From the NCBI GenBank assembly GCA_963702005.1, contig OY969696.1, forward strand, positions 2,144,001 through 2,208,000: a stretch of 64,000 nt of DNA, written 5' to 3'. Position 1 is the first letter of the stretch. Each line of letters starts with the position of its first letter. The position numbers and the translations under genes were made by a program. This document shows positions 37,393-47,233 of this stretch, piece after piece. The notes under the pieces were generated by a model. The model had not been told where the DNA came from. It saw only the letters and a list, made by a program, of their open reading frames with translations, and did no database searches. The stretch comes from Candidatus Aminicenantes bacterium. Lineage in GTDB: Bacteria; Acidobacteriota; Aminicenantia; Aminicenantales; JAFGBC01.

Positions 37393-38091
37393 TCAGTTCT
37401 TGATCTCGACGTTTCCGAACACGGCCGTCGCCTTGAGATAAAGAGTGGCGGTGGTCCCAGACTCCTGCGGCGCGCTCCTCCGGTCGTGAATACCGCCCAG
37501 GATCGGGGTGCCGGCCAGGACGACTTTCCAGTTTTTAGGAACCCGGACTTCGACCCCGCCGAAAACGGCCGTCAGCTCGACCGTCGCCTGGTCCGCGCCC
37601 AGGGCGGCCGGCGTGAAGTCGAGCTCCACTGAACCGAACACGGCCGTCGCCTCCCCGCCCTTGAAGGCCTTGGATTCGATCCGTCGGCGCAGGGTGGTGA
37701 ACACGGCCGTGGCGTCCAGGTCGTCCTCCTTGATCTCCGGAAAACCACCTCCGCCCGAGCCGCGCAGAGCGGGCTTGAGGATGATCCACAATCCGAGGAC
37801 GATGATGGCCAGCGGCCAGACGTAGTGCCAGAAGTGATGGTCGAGGATGCCGAGCTCGAAAAGGAGGAAAACCGCCCCGAACAGGATGAAGAACATACCC
37901 GAGCCGACGTCGCGGAATCCGCTGTTGATGAGGATGGAGAATCCGATCAGGATGAAGATGACGGGCCAGTAATGCCCGATGATCTCGCCGAAATCCAGCT
38001 CTCCCATCTGGTCGAGCAGAAAAAGGAGGCCGAGGATGATGAGGAGCAGCCCCCAGAAGATCCGTCCCGATCCGTGGCGATGGTGGCTCAT
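37393..38091 (-). CDS. LiaF-like cell-wall-active antibiotic response protein (TM region + C-terminal beta repeats)
   Basis: IFWGLLLI, YWPVIFI and repeated TAVFG motifs. Confidence 0.85.
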   Translation of the reverse strand: MSHHRHGSGRIFWGLLLIILGLLFLLDQMGELDFGEIIGHYWPVIFILIGFSILINSGFRDVGSGMFFILFGAVFLLFELGILDHHFWHYVWPLAIIVLGLWIILKPALRGSGGGGFPEIKEDDLDATAVFTTLRRRIESKAFKGGEATAVFGSVELDFTPAALGADQATVELTAVFGGVEVRVPKNWKVVLAGTPILGGIHDRRSAPQESGTTATLYLKATAVFGNVEIKN

Positions 38092-38223
38092 GGTGTCCCT
38101 CCCTGTCAAGGAATTTATATCACAACATCTATACGTATAGAAACTGCCGGGGTTGATCTCCGTCATCCCCCCGCCGAAAAGAAAAGAAAGGCCGGAGCGA
38201 AGAAGTCTTATGCTCCGGCCTTA

Positions 38224-39015
38224 TTAGAGCCGGCGGATGTTCATGCCGCCGCTGACCTCGATGACGGCCCCCGTCGAGTAGGCGAACCCGCCCGTCGCCA
38301 ACCCGGCCACGGCCTTGGCGACGTCCTCGGGCTCCCCCCAGCGGCCTTGCGGGACGAAGCCTTCGGCGATCAGCCGGTCGTACTTCTCTTTGACGGGTTC
38401 GGTCATGTCGGTCCGGATGAGGCCGGGCCGCACTTCATAGACATTGATATTCCGCCCCGCCAGCCGGTCGGCGAACAGGGAGGCCGTTTGGCTCAGGGCG
38501 GCCTTGGATACGCAGTACTCGGGGCGCGAGGGAGACGAGACGACCGCCGAGATCGAGGTGATGAAGATGATGGAGAGCGGGCCGGTTTCCCCGGCTTCGC
38601 GCCGCTTGATCATCTCCCGGGCGATCCGCTGCGAGAGGAAGAAGGCGCCCCGGGCGTTGACGGCCATGACCCGGTCGTAGCTTTCGGGCGGCGTCTCGAG
38701 GAGGTCCGTTCGCCGCTCGGGCGCGATCCCCGCGTTGTTGACGAGGACGTCGATCCGTCCATAGGCGTCGAGGACCTGACCGACGAGGCGTTCCTGGTCG
38801 GCGAGCGACGAGATGTCGCCGGGCGCGGCAAAGAATCGGGCGCCCAGGCTTTCGACCCGCTCTTTGACCTCGAGTAATCCTCGGCTCCGATTGTCCGGCT
38901 TGGAGATGATATCGTTGGCCGCGATATCGTATCCATGGCGGGCGAGCTCGAGGACGATGGCGCGGCCGATGCCGCGTCCCGCTCCCGTCGTTAAAGCCAC
39001 CGGTTTGGAATTCAT
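38224..39015 (-). CDS. SDR family oxidoreductase (3-ketoacyl-ACP reductase-like)
   Basis: TGAGRGIG, NNAG, YCVSK. Confidence 0.92.
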   Translation of the reverse strand: MNSKPVALTTGAGRGIGRAIVLELARHGYDIAANDIISKPDNRSRGLLEVKERVESLGARFFAAPGDISSLADQERLVGQVLDAYGRIDVLVNNAGIAPERRTDLLETPPESYDRVMAVNARGAFFLSQRIAREMIKRREAGETGPLSIIFITSISAVVSSPSRPEYCVSKAALSQTASLFADRLAGRNINVYEVRPGLIRTDMTEPVKEKYDRLIAEGFVPQGRWGEPEDVAKAVAGLATGGFAYSTGAVIEVSGGMNIRRL

Positions 39016-41030
39016 CCTTCCTCCTTGATGATCCGGTCCGCCCGGAAGTCTTTCCAGACCTTCTCGAACCAGGGATCGGTCTTGGGCACGGGACGCGTCT
39101 CTCTCCAGGCCTTGCGGACGCGGCCCTTTTCGTCCAGGCCGATCTCAAGAATCCTGCCGCTCACGAAATCCCCGGACTCGCTCAGCTCGAACCGCCAGCG
39201 GTCCTCGATCGTCGGGCAGGGCTTTTCTCCCTTCGGCCCCGGGACAAGGTAGGAGCCGCGGCTCCGGCCCCCTTTCTCCAAGTATTCCCGGATGGCTTCG
39301 AGGTAGAGGGCGTGGGTCAGGGCCAGGTCCTTGAGGCGGAACACGGCCGCCAGCGCAGCGCGGTTCGGGACGGCCATCTCGTTTGCGACCCGCCCGACCA
39401 GGTCCCAGGCCTTCCGGCTTTCTCGGGAGACCTGGGTCGGGTCTCGGACCATGGCGCCGCAGGCCGACATCCGCTCTTGGAGCTCGGCCAGGGCCGTCCG
39501 AGGAGAAAGGGCGCGGCCGGGCTTTCGGGCTAAGGCCGATTCCGCGAAAGCAATCGTCTCCGAAATGCGGGGCGAGGCCAAGGCCAGGAAAGCTTTGAGC
39601 GGCGGCGGCCGCTTCCGATAGCGCCGAGCGACAAACTGGGCGGCCCGCAGGCTCCCGACCTGGCCGGCGTTAAGGGCCGAACCCCCCGGCCGGGTCACGC
39701 CGTGGCTGCCGTTGACCTCTCCGATCGGAAAAAAATGCCGGAGGTTCGATTCCCACCAAAGATTTCCCTTGAAGCCTCCGTTGTTGTGCTGGGCGCAGAC
39801 CCCGATCTCGAGAGGCTCGCGGCCGAGGTCGATGTCGTGCGCCCGAAACAGGTCGACCGCCGGCCGGTTCAGGCGACGAAGCCTGGCGATGGGCGTCGAC
39901 CGGAGGGCGTCCGACCTTTCGAGATAGGTCCGCGCCTCCTCGGCCAGAAGATCGAGGGAAAAATCCGCGAGCCTCCCGGCCCCCGACGGGTTCCGCGTGT
40001 AGTCGAGGAAAACCCGGCGCCCTTTTTCGATTCGCTCCCGATGGACGAGGAGGTCGATAAGCGAAGATCCGAAGGACGCGATCTTGCGCGGATCGAACGG
40101 CCACTCGTATCCTTTGCGAAAGATGGCCGAGGCGAGCGTCTCCATATCCGGGAAATGGTCGTTGAGGAACTCGCGCTCATCCCCGCCCCGACGGTCGGTC
40201 GAGACGTAGCGGGGAATTACCTGTTGGTAGCTTCCGGACAGGTTCCAGCGGAATTTGAGAGAGGCCATCCCGTACTGGGACTCCGTCAGGTTCTGGGCCA
40301 GGGCGCCCGCCTCGAAGGCCAGGCCGTGGGAGCCCGCTTGGCCGCGCGGATAGACCGAATCCCGATAGATCCCGGCGGGACCGCCCGTGGCCAGGACGAC
40401 GTTGACGGCGTTATAGAGGATGAGTCCGAAAGTCCGCGACGCGCTCTGGCCGAGGTCGATCGCGACGGCGCCGGCAACCCTCTTCTCCTTGCCTCGTCCG
40501 CAAGTCAGGAGCGCGACGGCCTGGTGCCGGTCGAAAACCCGGATTCTTTTTCGGTCCACTTCGCGAGCGAGAGCCTCCCACATCAGGCGCGAGGTCAGGG
40601 GGCCGGCCGACGTCGCCCGCTGCCTCGGGTCGTTGTCGGTCTTATAGCCGACATAGGCGCCGAAGGCGTCATGCGGGAAGGGAACGCCGAGCCGGACGAG
40701 ATGAAAGAAGGCCCGAAGCGAGTTCAAGGCTTCGCAGAGGGCGATATCGCCGTGCATGGACCCCCCGGCCGCCAGGTCCCGCGCCATCTCGAAAGGTGAA
40801 TCGGGGACGTCGCCGGCCAGCGAGAGCTTATAGTAAGTCTGCTTGTCCGATCCGGCGTTACGGGAGGTCCCTGCCGTCCAGCGCTCGGTCAGGATCGCGA
40901 TATCCCGCTGCCCTTCCTCGTGGAGGCCGACGGCCGCGTTGAGGGCGGCCGCGCCGCTCCCGATGATGAGGGTGTTGAGAGAATGAACCGGGAAGGTCCG
41001 GCCCCCGATCCTGACTCGTCCGGTTGTCAT
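39012..41030 (-). CDS. FAD-binding SdhA/FrdA-like flavoprotein
   Basis: IIGSGAAA, SDKQTYYK, VVLATGGP, QHNNGG, GEVNGSHG. Confidence 0.85.
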   Translation of the reverse strand: MTTGRVRIGGRTFPVHSLNTLIIGSGAAALNAAVGLHEEGQRDIAILTERWTAGTSRNAGSDKQTYYKLSLAGDVPDSPFEMARDLAAGGSMHGDIALCEALNSLRAFFHLVRLGVPFPHDAFGAYVGYKTDNDPRQRATSAGPLTSRLMWEALAREVDRKRIRVFDRHQAVALLTCGRGKEKRVAGAVAIDLGQSASRTFGLILYNAVNVVLATGGPAGIYRDSVYPRGQAGSHGLAFEAGALAQNLTESQYGMASLKFRWNLSGSYQQVIPRYVSTDRRGGDEREFLNDHFPDMETLASAIFRKGYEWPFDPRKIASFGSSLIDLLVHRERIEKGRRVFLDYTRNPSGAGRLADFSLDLLAEEARTYLERSDALRSTPIARLRRLNRPAVDLFRAHDIDLGREPLEIGVCAQHNNGGFKGNLWWESNLRHFFPIGEVNGSHGVTRPGGSALNAGQVGSLRAAQFVARRYRKRPPPLKAFLALASPRISETIAFAESALARKPGRALSPRTALAELQERMSACGAMVRDPTQVSRESRKAWDLVGRVANEMAVPNRAALAAVFRLKDLALTHALYLEAIREYLEKGGRSRGSYLVPGPKGEKPCPTIEDRWRFELSESGDFVSGRILEIGLDEKGRVRKAWRETRPVPKTDPWFEKVWKDFRADRIIKEEG

Positions 41031-42316
41031 CTAGTGTCCTTGTTGTCGAACTCCTTGTCCTCTCCCTCTTTGAGGCTGAAGGGAATCCGCTCCCCGCCGA
41101 TCTCGATCGCGTAGTTGCCGGGAGGGAGCGGGATCCAATCCATGGTGTTGCTGACCGAGCCGACGACCTCCCCCGACGCGTTGAAGATCTTATGTCCCCT
41201 GTAGTCGGCCCGCTTGACGGTGACCGTGCCCGGGTTTATCTTCGACTCCTGTCCGCCCTTGACTTCGACTTCCCATGGGATGGATCCGAACATGACCAAG
41301 TAGCGCCCCGGCATGAGCGTCGCCGTCGAGTCGAGGCTGCTGACCGTCCCGTGGACGGCCCCGGTCTCGGGGTCGACGATGTCGTGGCCGTGGAGAGAGG
41401 CTTTGGCCATGGAGATCCAGCCCGGCTCAAGGACGGTCGTCTCGCCGGCTTTGACCTCGACGCTTTTCCAGAGGGCCTTTCCGAAGGCGACGTTGTAGAG
41501 GCCGGCCGGGAGGGCGACCGTCGAGCGGATCGAGCTCGCGGTCTCGACGAGTTTCCCGGACTCGGCCTCGGTCACGGCGTGACCGTGGAGGTCGGCGCCC
41601 TTGACCTCGAGCCAGCCCGTTCCTTTCTTTTCGACGACGACGACGGACGCCGTCCTGATGGCTTGGCTCAAAGCGGCGATGAGCTGACCGGCGTCCGCGG
41701 CCCCGAAATAGGCGCCGCCCGTCGCGCGGGCGATGCAGTCGAGCTGACGGCGGGCCGCCTCGTCGACGCCAAACCCGACCGTATGGATGAGGATCTTGGG
41801 GTTGGCCTTGTCCAAAGCCTTGGCGGCCGCGCAGGGATCGCCCTCGCAGGTTTCGATCCCGTCGCTGACGAGGATGATCATCCGTTCGTCGCCGAACGCG
41901 GCGGGGAAATCCTCGGCTGCTTTCTGCAGGACGTAGGTGATGGGCGTGTAGCCCTTGGCCTGGAGGCCGCTGCTCAACGCCAGGATTGTGTCTTTGCTCT
42001 GGGCAAGCGGGCCAAACGGGACGAGGAGCTGCGTGTCCATACAATCATGCTTGTCCTTAGCCGACTGATGGCCATAGGCGCGGAAGGCGATCGTCAATGT
42101 CCCGGGCAACTTTGAGGCCAGCTCGGCCACGGCTTTTTTGGCGGCCTCCAGCTTGGGCTCGCCCGTCGCCAGCTTTCCCGCCATGCTCCCCGATGCGTCG
42201 AGGATGATCTCGATCATCTTTCCGTCGCCGGAAGCCGGGGGATTCGGCTGGGCAAGATCCGCCCAGAGCGGGCTGAGGAGGAAGGCGGCCGAGACCAGGA
42301 TGAATCGTATTTTCAT
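41027..42316 (-). CDS. Secreted VWA domain protein
   Basis: MIDAS motif DASGSM, GYTP, LVSDG; signal peptide. Confidence 0.9.
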   Translation of the reverse strand: MKIRFILVSAAFLLSPLWADLAQPNPPASGDGKMIEIILDASGSMAGKLATGEPKLEAAKKAVAELASKLPGTLTIAFRAYGHQSAKDKHDCMDTQLLVPFGPLAQSKDTILALSSGLQAKGYTPITYVLQKAAEDFPAAFGDERMIILVSDGIETCEGDPCAAAKALDKANPKILIHTVGFGVDEAARRQLDCIARATGGAYFGAADAGQLIAALSQAIRTASVVVVEKKGTGWLEVKGADLHGHAVTEAESGKLVETASSIRSTVALPAGLYNVAFGKALWKSVEVKAGETTVLEPGWISMAKASLHGHDIVDPETGAVHGTVSSLDSTATLMPGRYLVMFGSIPWEVEVKGGQESKINPGTVTVKRADYRGHKIFNASGEVVGSVSNTMDWIPLPPGNYAIEIGGERIPFSLKEGEDKEFDNKDTR

Positions 42317-42370
42317 GGGACCCTCCATAAGAAAGGATTATCCCAAAGCGGCCGGAAAATCAACAGGGCG

Positions 42371-43084
42371 TCAATCGACGGCTGGAGTCGTCTTTTCCGC
42401 GCAGGCCTTTTTAATCCTTTCCTTCTCAAGAAGGCGGAGCTGCCAGATCCAGACGAGGAGGATGAGGAAGGCCGAGAGGAGGCGGCGGGTCGGCGCGACG
42501 GTCAGGAAGTCGAACAGGCCGTGGATGAGGGCGGACAGAAAAAGCCCCCGGAGGGCGGCCTGCCAGATCGGGCGGCCCAGGATGGTCGCCGAGCCGACCA
42601 GGTACCCCCAGATCGAGGCGAAGACGGCATGGGTCAGCGGCGAAGCGAAGGCCCGGCCGACCAGGGCCCAGCCCTTCATGTCGGCGAGGTAGCCCAGGTT
42701 CTCGAAGCTGGCGAAGCCCACGGCCAGAACCGAGGCGTAGATGATCCCATCGATCTTCTCGTCGAAGGCCTTGAGCCTGCGCAGGATGAGGAGGAAGGGG
42801 AGGAACTTGAAGACTTCCTCGACGATCCCGATGATGCCGATACAGTAGATGAGGAAGTCGAACCGGGAGCCTCTGAGAAATGCCATTTGAAAATCGACCT
42901 GGAAGCCGAGCCCGGAGAGAAGCCCGTAGAACGCCCAGCACAGGAACCCGGCCAGGAAGCCCAGCCCGAAGGCCTCGATGAGGTTGACGACCGGCTCGCG
43001 CCGGAAGCAATCCTTGTAATAAAGATAGCCGACCCAGAATACGGCCGGCCCGAAAACCGCGGCGAACAGGATCCAGAGCGACAT
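42371..43084 (-). CDS. prsW: PrsW family intramembrane metalloprotease
   Basis: EEVFK, FASFEN, HAVF and HGLFD motifs. Confidence 0.88.
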   Translation of the reverse strand: MSLWILFAAVFGPAVFWVGYLYYKDCFRREPVVNLIEAFGLGFLAGFLCWAFYGLLSGLGFQVDFQMAFLRGSRFDFLIYCIGIIGIVEEVFKFLPFLLILRRLKAFDEKIDGIIYASVLAVGFASFENLGYLADMKGWALVGRAFASPLTHAVFASIWGYLVGSATILGRPIWQAALRGLFLSALIHGLFDFLTVAPTRRLLSAFLILLVWIWQLRLLEKERIKKACAEKTTPAVD

Positions 43085-43089
43085 GATTG

Positions 43090-44373
43090 TCAGAGATCCT
43101 TGCAGACCTTGGCGACGCGCTTGGCCAAAGCCATGATCGTCCAGATGGGCGGGTTGCCGAGCGAGGCGGGAAGCAGGCTGGCGTCGGCGATGTAGAGGTT
43201 CACCGGAAGCCGCTCGGGATGCAGGGATGACGCGTCGCGTGCCGTCAGGGGGATCATCCCGCCCGGGTGTCCGGCGTTGAGTGTCCCAAAGAACATCTTT
43301 TCCTTGGGGACGCCCAGCTCGCCCAAGATGTCGGCGCAAAGGTTTGTCCCTTCCCCGAGCCGAGCCGCGTCCTCGCCCGTTAATGGCTTATCGATTCCGG
43401 CCTCGCTGACCCGACCTGAAGGCGTATCCGCCAGCTTGACCATGAGGCTCAAGATATTCGCCGCCGGGACGGGCCAGCTCCCGTTGAAGAAGAAGCTGAG
43501 ATGGTCGAAGTAAGGAGATAGAATATAGCCGTCCCGTTGAGCTGCGAACGGCATCGGAAGTTCCGTGTCCTGGCGGGCGCCCTCCCATTCGGCGGCCAGG
43601 CAGAGGACCGGGTCCACAAACAAACGCGGCTCGCAGGGGATGCCGGACCGTTCGAGCAGGGGCGGCGTTCCCAGTCCCCCCGCGGCCAGGACAACGAGGT
43701 CGGAGGGGATTTCAAACCGGCGTAGGCCCTTCCGGGCCAGGACGCCCGCGGCCCGTCCCTCCCGAACTAGAACCTTTTCGACGCGGCGGCCCGTGATGAG
43801 GCGGGCGCCCCGGGCGCGCGCGTCGGCAAGAAATACCCGGCTGTCCCATTTAACGCCGTGAGGGCAGCCGAGGGTGCAGCGGCCGCAGCTCCGGCAAAGC
43901 TCGTAGCGGCCCATTTTGGGAAGGGGCCGCGGGTCGAGCCTCATCCCGGCGAAAACATCGAAGAGCCGCCGGGTGGGTTCGCGCCAAAGCCGGCCGTGGT
44001 CGGCGCTGACGGGAATATCCCTTTCGAGCTCTTCAAACTCCGGAGAAAGGTCGATGCCCAGCGCTTTAAGAGCCGCGTCCTGGCGGAGGGCGTTTCCGCA
44101 GGAGAGCGTCGTCGTGCCCCCCGTCCCGCGGCCGGAGATGAGGACCATGCCCTCGGCCGTTTTATCCACTCTCATAGCCGGGAAGAGGAGCTCGATCTCC
44201 TTTTCATTGAAGAGGAGTCCGAGCCGCTTGAGCCGGGCGGCCCGTTCGAGCGGCCAGCCGAACGGCCGAAACTCGCGTCCCGCTTCAATAACCGTCACAT
44301 CGAAGGAGCCGGCGAGGTCGCGCGCGGCGGCCGCCCCGCCCGCCCCGCTCCCGACCACGATTGCCTTTCTCAT
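43090..44373 (-). CDS. GMC family oxidoreductase
   Basis: VGSGAGG, GTGGTT, CRSCGRCTLGCP, LAAGGLGTP, HPGG, ADAS, NPPIWT. Confidence 0.88.
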   Translation of the reverse strand: MRKAIVVGSGAGGAAAARDLAGSFDVTVIEAGREFRPFGWPLERAARLKRLGLLFNEKEIELLFPAMRVDKTAEGMVLISGRGTGGTTTLSCGNALRQDAALKALGIDLSPEFEELERDIPVSADHGRLWREPTRRLFDVFAGMRLDPRPLPKMGRYELCRSCGRCTLGCPHGVKWDSRVFLADARARGARLITGRRVEKVLVREGRAAGVLARKGLRRFEIPSDLVVLAAGGLGTPPLLERSGIPCEPRLFVDPVLCLAAEWEGARQDTELPMPFAAQRDGYILSPYFDHLSFFFNGSWPVPAANILSLMVKLADTPSGRVSEAGIDKPLTGEDAARLGEGTNLCADILGELGVPKEKMFFGTLNAGHPGGMIPLTARDASSLHPERLPVNLYIADASLLPASLGNPPIWTIMALAKRVAKVCKDL

Positions 44374-44921
44374 GAACGGTCCTCTTCGAAGCGGAACACG
44401 GCCCGGCAGGCCGCCTTGCCCTCGGTCAGCCGTTCCCGGAATTTGAGGCGGCCTCCGCCGGCCAGCCCGGCCAGGACGCCTTCGTCGAGGGCGGAGATGA
44501 GCGAGCAGACCTCACGGCTGTAATGGCGGCTGAAGCCGCAGGCGCGGATGAGGACCTCGCCGTCGGGCCGGGCGTCGAAATCGATCCCGATCGTGCCGTA
44601 GAGGAGGCGAGCGAGCCGCAAAACCTCCTTACGCGAGGACGGTCCGAAGCGCCGTCTCAAGCGTTCTCCGAACCCGAACGCCCGCGCCCGGAGCCTGGCG
44701 CGGAGGACGGACTGTTCCTCGGGATGAGCCAGGGCCTTTTCGGCCTCGGACCGGCTGAAAAGGGCGTAAGCCTCGAGACGGGCCGGCCAGTCGCGGCCTT
44801 CGAGCGGCGGCGGCGGAACGCCGAACGCGTCGGCCGTCAACCCGGCCAGCTCCGAGAGCGCTCTCGTCTTCAGGGCCGGTGGGATCCAGATTTCGGCCAG
44901 TCTCAGCAGGATTCGGCTCAT
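44370..44921 (-). CDS. Hypothetical protein, ATC-hydrolase/4VR-like small-molecule-binding fold
   Basis: C-x-F, C-x5-D and ERLTEGKAACRAVF pattern (by eye); ATGA-coupled to the GMC gene. Confidence 0.6.
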   Translation of the reverse strand: MSRILLRLAEIWIPPALKTRALSELAGLTADAFGVPPPPLEGRDWPARLEAYALFSRSEAEKALAHPEEQSVLRARLRARAFGFGERLRRRFGPSSRKEVLRLARLLYGTIGIDFDARPDGEVLIRACGFSRHYSREVCSLISALDEGVLAGLAGGGRLKFRERLTEGKAACRAVFRFEEDRS

Positions 44922-44940
44922 GACAGGATTCCCCGCCGCG

Positions 44941-45360
44941 TCATGAGTCCTTCAGACCGCGCCGGCCGGCCAGGGCGACGACGGCCATGCCGATGAAGCC
45001 GTCCACAATGCCGTTGATGAGGAGGATGAGGAAGCGTCCCGTCGCGACGAACAGGATCAGGGACAGAAGGGCGCTGGCGAACTTGGCCTGGGCGAGGAGC
45101 GGGGGATAGGCCCGGCTTTCGGGACGGCGGTACATCAGATAGGCGAGGGCGGTTACGACGTACATATAAGCCGCCGCCAGGGCGACGAAAAAGGGCGATA
45201 CGGCGGTCGGGGAGGGCGGGAAGCCGAGCGGCCGGGACAAACCGTTGAAAAAAAGGAGGACGCGACCCGGGATGAGCAGGAAGCAAAGGCCGACGGCGGC
45301 GAAGACGGCCGCGGCGGCCAGGCTTCCCCTCCGGTATAACGTGGTGATCCGTTCCGTCAT
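44941..45360 (-). CDS. Small 4-TM membrane protein
   Basis: Four hydrophobic helices; sits in the operon between the radical SAM and GMC genes. Confidence 0.75.
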   Translation of the reverse strand: MTERITTLYRRGSLAAAAVFAAVGLCFLLIPGRVLLFFNGLSRPLGFPPSPTAVSPFFVALAAAYMYVVTALAYLMYRRPESRAYPPLLAQAKFASALLSLILFVATGRFLILLINGIVDGFIGMAVVALAGRRGLKDS

Positions 45361-45372
45361 GTTTCCTCCGGA

Positions 45373-46569
45373 CTATCGGGAATAGTAGAGCCGCATGAAG
45401 CGGGCCCGCGGTCCGAACCGGACCTTCTTTAACATCTCGCGGGTCTGCGAAGCCGAAAGCGGGATCCGGCCCCCGGAGACTTCCGCGAGGAGTCCGTAGT
45501 TCCGGTTCATGAAACAACTCTCCTCGGACGGGAAAAGGGATTTCATCTCCCGGATGATTTCGGCTAATGGCCTCTCCCGGATGTTCCCCAGGCTCAGCGG
45601 CGTGAAGACGCAGGGGCTGACTTCCCCGAAGGCGTCCACGTACACCATCTTGTGGCCGGCGTTGCAGCCGAAGTATTCGCGGCCCTCGAAATGCCCGAGA
45701 TAGTTGACGGTCATCCCGCCTTTTTTATTGTAAGCGTCCTGAAGACGGACAAGCCGGAGCCGGTCTTCCTCGGCAATGATGAGGTCTTCGGACCAGAATG
45801 CAGGAAGGCTCGGCTTGGCCTCGCTGATCCAGGCTTCATGGATGCCCAGTTCCTCCAGGAAGCTGAGCAGCTCCTCGGTTTCGCCGCGCCGGATTCCGGC
45901 CCGGGATAAAACTGCCGAGACGCCGACGTGGAGGCCGCCGGCGCGCAGGCAGGTTTCGATCGCCCGGAGAGCTTCGCGGTAGGCGCCCTTCTTCCCGCGG
46001 CAGCGGTCGTGCTCCTTCTCCCGCCAGTCGTCGAGGCTGACCGAGACCGAGAAGAGCCCGGCCTCAACCAGGTCCCGAGCGAGGGCTTCGGTCAGCCCGC
46101 ATCCCGTCGTGAACAGCTTGACGGCGCAGTCATGGGCCGCGCTCTCGGTGATCCGGACGATATCGCGGTTCAAGAGGGGCTCGCCGCCCGTCCAGCCCAT
46201 CCAGACGACCCCCAGCTCTTTGAGCTCGCGAACGACGCGGAGAATGGTCTCCGTATCCATGGGCCGGCCTTTGCGGCCGCGGTTGTAGCAGTAGACGCAT
46301 TTTTGAGGACAGGCATTGGTCAAGCCGACCTGGGCGTGGGTCGGCCCGTCCGACTTCCGGCGGAGATGCTCGCGGATAAACCTTCGGTAGGCCCGGCCGT
46401 TGACGGGCGGCAGATGGGAATGAAGAATGAGCCGCCCCCCGACATTGCGGACTCGGAATTTCCTCAGGTAGCGATTGAGGAACCAGACGAGCGGCGGCTT
46501 GACCAGGAGGATCTCCGGAGTCCCGGCCAATGCCTTCCACAAGGCCAACTGATCTTTGATGCGCGCCAT
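45373..46569 (-). CDS. Radical SAM protein with a SPASM/twitch domain
   Basis: CPQKCVYC, TGGEP, CNAG...YVDAFGEVSPC. Confidence 0.92.
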   Translation of the reverse strand: MARIKDQLALWKALAGTPEILLVKPPLVWFLNRYLRKFRVRNVGGRLILHSHLPPVNGRAYRRFIREHLRRKSDGPTHAQVGLTNACPQKCVYCYNRGRKGRPMDTETILRVVRELKELGVVWMGWTGGEPLLNRDIVRITESAAHDCAVKLFTTGCGLTEALARDLVEAGLFSVSVSLDDWREKEHDRCRGKKGAYREALRAIETCLRAGGLHVGVSAVLSRAGIRRGETEELLSFLEELGIHEAWISEAKPSLPAFWSEDLIIAEEDRLRLVRLQDAYNKKGGMTVNYLGHFEGREYFGCNAGHKMVYVDAFGEVSPCVFTPLSLGNIRERPLAEIIREMKSLFPSEESCFMNRNYGLLAEVSGGRIPLSASQTREMLKKVRFGPRARFMRLYYSR

Positions 46570-46593
46570 AAGAAGTTCTTCCCCCGCTGTCCC

Positions 46594-47229
46594 TCAGTCG
46601 AACACGGTCTCTTGATCGGGATGCCCCAGAAATTTATAGAAGAGCTCGATCTGACCGCGCGTGATCCGCTCCTTGGAGAGGGGCGGAAGTTTCTTTCTGT
46701 CGAAAAACCTGGCGTCCGTGACCTCCCAACCCTTCTCAAGCGTCCCGCCGCGCTCGCGGCACAGGAACAGGAGTTTGTAGATATGGAAAGGGGAGGGCGG
46801 ATGGGGATGGAGGGCCTTGTCCAGGACCGCGATAAGCCGGATCGGTTCGACCTTAAGGCCCGTCTCTTCCCGCGTTTCCTTGACGACCGTTCCGGCCGGG
46901 GAGTAACCGATGTCGGCGAACCCGCCCGGCGGCGCCCAGCGGCCGTCCGCCTTTTCGCGGACGAGAAGAATCCGGCCCTCCCGGAAGACGCCGGCCCGGA
47001 CGTCGACCTTGGGCGTCTGGTAGCCGCGATTCCCCTCGAAAAACGGACCGATCGTCCCGACGGTCGTTCCGGTCAGGTTCGCCATCATCTTGAGGCTGAT
47101 CCTCTCGAGCTCCCGATAGCGGTCCCGCTCGTAGTCGTTGTCCGCGTAGGCGAGCCCCGTTTGGGCCAGGGCCAAGATCCGCTTGGCGCGGGCCAGCCAG
47201 GCGTTTTCCTTGACGGTCTTTCTCGGCAT
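46594..47229 (-). CDS. NUDIX hydrolase (YjhB-like)
   Basis: AQTGLAY, GYQTPKVDVR, Nudix box GGFADIGYSP...KETREETG. Confidence 0.92.
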   Translation of the reverse strand: MPRKTVKENAWLARAKRILALAQTGLAYADNDYERDRYRELERISLKMMANLTGTTVGTIGPFFEGNRGYQTPKVDVRAGVFREGRILLVREKADGRWAPPGGFADIGYSPAGTVVKETREETGLKVEPIRLIAVLDKALHPHPPSPFHIYKLLFLCRERGGTLEKGWEVTDARFFDRKKLPPLSKERITRGQIELFYKFLGHPDQETVFD

Positions 47230-47233
47230 GGCG

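Noticed and set aside
44918-45517. 199-aa minus-strand ORF overlapping the 4-TM gene
   Set aside because: It is an Arg/Pro-rich alternative frame. The 44941-45360 ORF has an RBS and coherent TM helices.
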